A stretch of 41,320 bases of DNA from Candidatus Shapirobacteria bacterium (GTDB lineage Bacteria > Patescibacteriota > Microgenomatia > UBA12405 > BS750m-G30): the NCBI GenBank assembly GCA_016783425.1, contig JADHWP010000003.1:1-41320 (forward strand), written 5' to 3'. Below are positions 38,772 through 41,320 of the stretch, one piece after another. The position numbers and the translations under genes were made by a program. The notes below the pieces were generated by a model that saw nothing but the letters and a program-made list of their open reading frames with translations, was not told the origin of the DNA and made no database searches. Numbering within the stretch: position 1 is the first letter of the stretch; each line of letters begins with the position of its first letter.

Positions 38772-39501
38772 CCTCTGCCTCCCCGCTTTCTATTTTACTA
38801 TTTATGTCCTTCACTAATACCACCGGCACCTCTCCTTCTTTTAAAGGCAAATCATTAGTACTAATTTTCTCTTGATTATAAACGCTGTAGAAAAAAGCGA
38901 CCAACTGCGGTGTTTTTAACTGCCGGACTCTTAAACCCAAGCTTCCCAGAGCGCGAATGATATGCTCTTTTTTCGGCTCTAAATTGGCTCTGGCCCGATC
39001 AATTAGGCTTTTTTTATCAATGGGCAGCCCCTCTTTTTGCTTTGGTTTTAAAAAAGATAAAAAGGGAATCGCGCTTTTAACCGCGCTTACTCCCAGTTCT
39101 AAGCTGGAGAAAGGAATGGCCACGTAAAAAGATTTAGTTAAAACATTATTTTTTTCCACCATTTGAGAAACAAACTGACGGTAATGAGCAATTTGCTTTT
39201 TCACCAAAGGATCGGTTTTTTTCTGCTCCCAGGTCAGCAGGTGCTCTAAATAAGAAGTAACGTCTTTTAAGGCCGAGTGAATAAAAATCTGAAGAGGAAA
39301 GGAAAGAGAATTGATCAGCGAAGCATAAGCGTAAATCATTGCTTCCTGCTCGCGCTCGGAAAGCAGGTCAAAATTAACTGAAGAGACCTCAAAAATATAA
39401 GTACAAGAGCCATCTTTTAAAATGACCATATTATCGGTAATATCCTCAATCGGAAGGTGTTGCTGGGTTGTTCCTTTTAAAGCGTTTTTCTTAACATCCA
39501 T
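38761..39501 (-). CDS. TraC/VirB4 N-terminal-like conserved CPR protein
   Basis: TQQHLPIEDI...ILKDG...SSVNFDLLSEREQEA..Y...NSL.FPLQI; overlaps the virB4 start. Confidence 0.8.
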   Translation of the reverse strand: MDVKKNALKGTTQQHLPIEDITDNMVILKDGSCTYIFEVSSVNFDLLSEREQEAMIYAYASLINSLSFPLQIFIHSALKDVTSYLEHLLTWEQKKTDPLVKKQIAHYRQFVSQMVEKNNVLTKSFYVAIPFSSLELGVSAVKSAIPFLSFLKPKQKEGLPIDKKSLIDRARANLEPKKEHIIRALGSLGLRVRQLKTPQLVAFFYSVYNQEKISTNDLPLKEGEVPVVLVKDINSKIESGEAEDEI

Positions 39502-39516
39502 GGGCAGAGTTTCTTT

Positions 39517-40344
39517 TCAAACCAGCGCCGTCTTTTTGGCTTGAATCTGTAACGGCGCAATAATTTTACCCTCGGCTTGAATTTTAATTATAGCAAAGGC
39601 GTAAGGATCTTTTTCTACCAAAACCAAGTATTGCCCATTGGGCAAGGGGGTAGCGGTTTGGAACTGGCCCAAAAAGCTGGTGCGCATCGCCCTGATCGGG
39701 TTTCCTTCCAGATCCTGAATTTCGACAATTGCTCCTTCTATCGCTCTGCCTTCCGAATCCATTACCAAACCATTAATAATATTGGGAGTGGTGGGAGTCG
39801 CGGGCAAAACCATTTTTAAGTACTCTGGAAAAGTAGAAATAATCTCTCCCCTGGGAGTACCGCCCTGTTTAATCATTTGAATAATTTCTTCAGAAGAGGG
39901 AGTAACTGGCTGTTCTCGCGTTACTGGCGCTGTGGCTACTGGCTTTTCTTTTTTAACCGAAGCTTTTACCCCGGCATCAGCAGTTTTAATCGAAGGCGCA
40001 AATACCTGAACAGGAGCAGGAACGGGCAGAGCCTTATAAGCTACCGGTTGAGGGGAAAAGGGTTTTTTCCAGGTAAAAATGGTGGGCGAATAAGCCGCTC
40101 TGAAAAAAGAAAGCAGCCAAAACTCCAGGGGTTTTTCGTTAAAAGGGATAAAGGCGGTCCCAATTCCTAATAATAATAAAGTTAAACTTAGGGGAATTTT
40201 TAAAATAAAAGTCAAGCCGGAGCGAAAAACAAGGTAAGAAAATACCAGGCCGGCCGCCAGTTTTAAAAACTGCTTTAAAGTCATGCTTCCTACCAGCCGA
40301 AACTCGTAAGAAGATATTTCCTGCGGTATTGGACACTGCTCCAT
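39517..40344 (-). CDS. PrgI family protein with C-terminal carboxypeptidase-regulatory-like domain
   Basis: PIPQ.I..YEFRLVGSMTLKQF plus 2 TM; C-terminal G.V.D..G.AIEGAIVEI...T...GQF. Confidence 0.85.
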   Translation of the reverse strand: MEQCPIPQEISSYEFRLVGSMTLKQFLKLAAGLVFSYLVFRSGLTFILKIPLSLTLLLLGIGTAFIPFNEKPLEFWLLSFFRAAYSPTIFTWKKPFSPQPVAYKALPVPAPVQVFAPSIKTADAGVKASVKKEKPVATAPVTREQPVTPSSEEIIQMIKQGGTPRGEIISTFPEYLKMVLPATPTTPNIINGLVMDSEGRAIEGAIVEIQDLEGNPIRAMRTSFLGQFQTATPLPNGQYLVLVEKDPYAFAIIKIQAEGKIIAPLQIQAKKTALV

Positions 40345-40353
40345 TATTTAAAG

Positions 40354-40381
40354 TTAAAAGTTAAAAGTTAAAAGTTAAAAG
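40354..40381 (+). repeat. (TTAAAAG)4 tandem repeat just upstream of prgI
   Basis: Four perfect 7-mers plus partial flanking units. Confidence 0.92.
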
Positions 40382-40437
40382 TTTTTTCTTACTCATACTT
40401 AATTCATATTACAATAGTAACTCCTCGCCTTCAAGAT

Positions 40438-40558
40438 GAGCGCAGAGGGGCAAGCACGCCCAAATTCTAAAATCTTATTATTTTGGAAATTGAAAAATTG
40501 ATTATTGCTTGGAGCACTTGTTATTTGGAGCTTGGAAATTTCTCCTCGGGAGGCGCTT
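40438..40558. repeat. intergenic relative of the 23S heptamer IVS
   Basis: 40481-40507 matches 23338-23363 with one indel; 40523-40536 is the exact reverse complement of 23274-23287. Confidence 0.8.
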
Positions 40559-40664
40559 CAGAATTTTTTAAAATTGTATACCCTGCCAAAAATTGGTAAA
40601 ATCAAAAATAAAATAGTTATTAAAATTTTGGCAATTAATATTTGAAAGGAGGTGGAAAAAGAAT

Positions 40665-41054
40665 ATGACTGAACAACCACAACCACGAGAAAAAACTGCT
40701 ATAGCTCTTGAATTTTTGCAAGAAGAGCCCAGCCCCGAAGACTTAATGCATATTGAAAAAAAATATAGTGGTAAACACCTAGTTGATGTTATTATTGAAT
40801 CAATGACCATAGGACTTACTAGGCCAGAAACGATTAGAGACTTTCTTTCAACGGTGCCTGATAGCTTAATGACTCCCTATATGCGATATGGCTGGCTTTC
40901 TGCTGCATGTGGGCGTTACGTTAGCGAAGGTACTAAACATTCTCAAGATATGATTCCGCCTCAAGATGTTAAAAAATATGGAGGTTTAAAAGAAAGTTTT
41001 GCGTTATTAGCACATCAAGAAAAAATAAAACTCGAAGCTCCAGCAGGAGAGTAA
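40665..41054 (+). CDS. hypothetical protein
   Basis: 129-aa ORF with an AAAGGAGGTG RBS. Confidence 0.78.
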   Translation: MTEQPQPREKTAIALEFLQEEPSPEDLMHIEKKYSGKHLVDVIIESMTIGLTRPETIRDFLSTVPDSLMTPYMRYGWLSAACGRYVSEGTKHSQDMIPPQDVKKYGGLKESFALLAHQEKIKLEAPAGE

Positions 41055-41165
41055 AACTCACCTCTAAGGAGAAACTCCGCCAGGAATGATAGAATTCAAC
41101 TAATAAAGGGTGGATTTTTAATTCAGGAGGCGTTTTTGCCGTGGTTGCGAGCTTACTCCCTATTT

Positions 41166-41320
41166 TTAGGAATTTGTAAAAACTACTTTTCTTTTTTTTG
41201 AAAAAAGGACATTGAAGGCCTCCAAAAAACCAAGCCTCCCCATCAGGGGAGGAACTTCGTCACTATCCAAAACCGCTAAGGGTATTTTTTTCTTCCATTT
41301 ACCTAAGCGAATAGGAAATT
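41166..41320 (-). CDS. C-terminus of probable retropepsin-like aspartic protease (partial)
   Basis: Not in ORF track. Reads FPIRLGKWKKKIPLAVLDSDEVPPLMGRLGFLEAFNVLFSKKRKVVFTNS*; LMGR.GF matches the retropepsin LLGR motif. Confidence 0.6.
   Translation of the reverse strand, partial: FPIRLGKWKKKIPLAVLDSDEVPPLMGRLGFLEAFNVLFSKKRKVVFTNS

Noticed and set aside
41241-41255. Suspected frameshift in the terminal protease-like gene
   Set aside because: Recounting gives GTT CCT CCC CTG ATG, which is in frame.

Overview
Low-GC bacterial chromosome segment using genetic code 11. Gene content points to Patescibacteria (CPR), probably Microgenomates; this is an inference from the two nearby class A PBPs, the PrgI/TraC-like/VirB4 locus, a 4-domain S1, a short class II aldolase and an unlinked 23S gene. 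The core comprises OFOR alpha/beta, nfo, rpsA, fba/pfkB, two PBP1A genes, an AmmeMemoRadiSam B-A fusion, tRNA-Val, tRNA-Ala, a probable 6S RNA and a 3.46-kb 23S rRNA with no adjacent 16S or 5S. Small accessory genes are interspersed, including four toxin-antitoxin modules. Most notable: (1) three ORF-less ~160-nt intervening sequences in the 23S are built from the same 7-nt repeat hairpin, and relatives of it occur in intergenic DNA; (2) two TA modules sit in ~0.73-0.75 kb units bounded by direct repeats that duplicate the 3' end of the upstream housekeeping gene, with no integrase nearby; (3) a leader peptide, terminator and alternative pairing lie between a consensus promoter and tRNA-Ala/23S, a candidate rRNA attenuator; (4) a RelE-like toxin with an in-frame TAG, missed by the ORF track, follows a Panacea antitoxin; (5) a 666-aa LAGLIDADG intein interrupts the VirB4 Walker A motif; (6) a MITE carries REP-like palindromes; (7) leaderless gene starts are widespread. 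All family assignments come from motif recognition by eye, not database searches.
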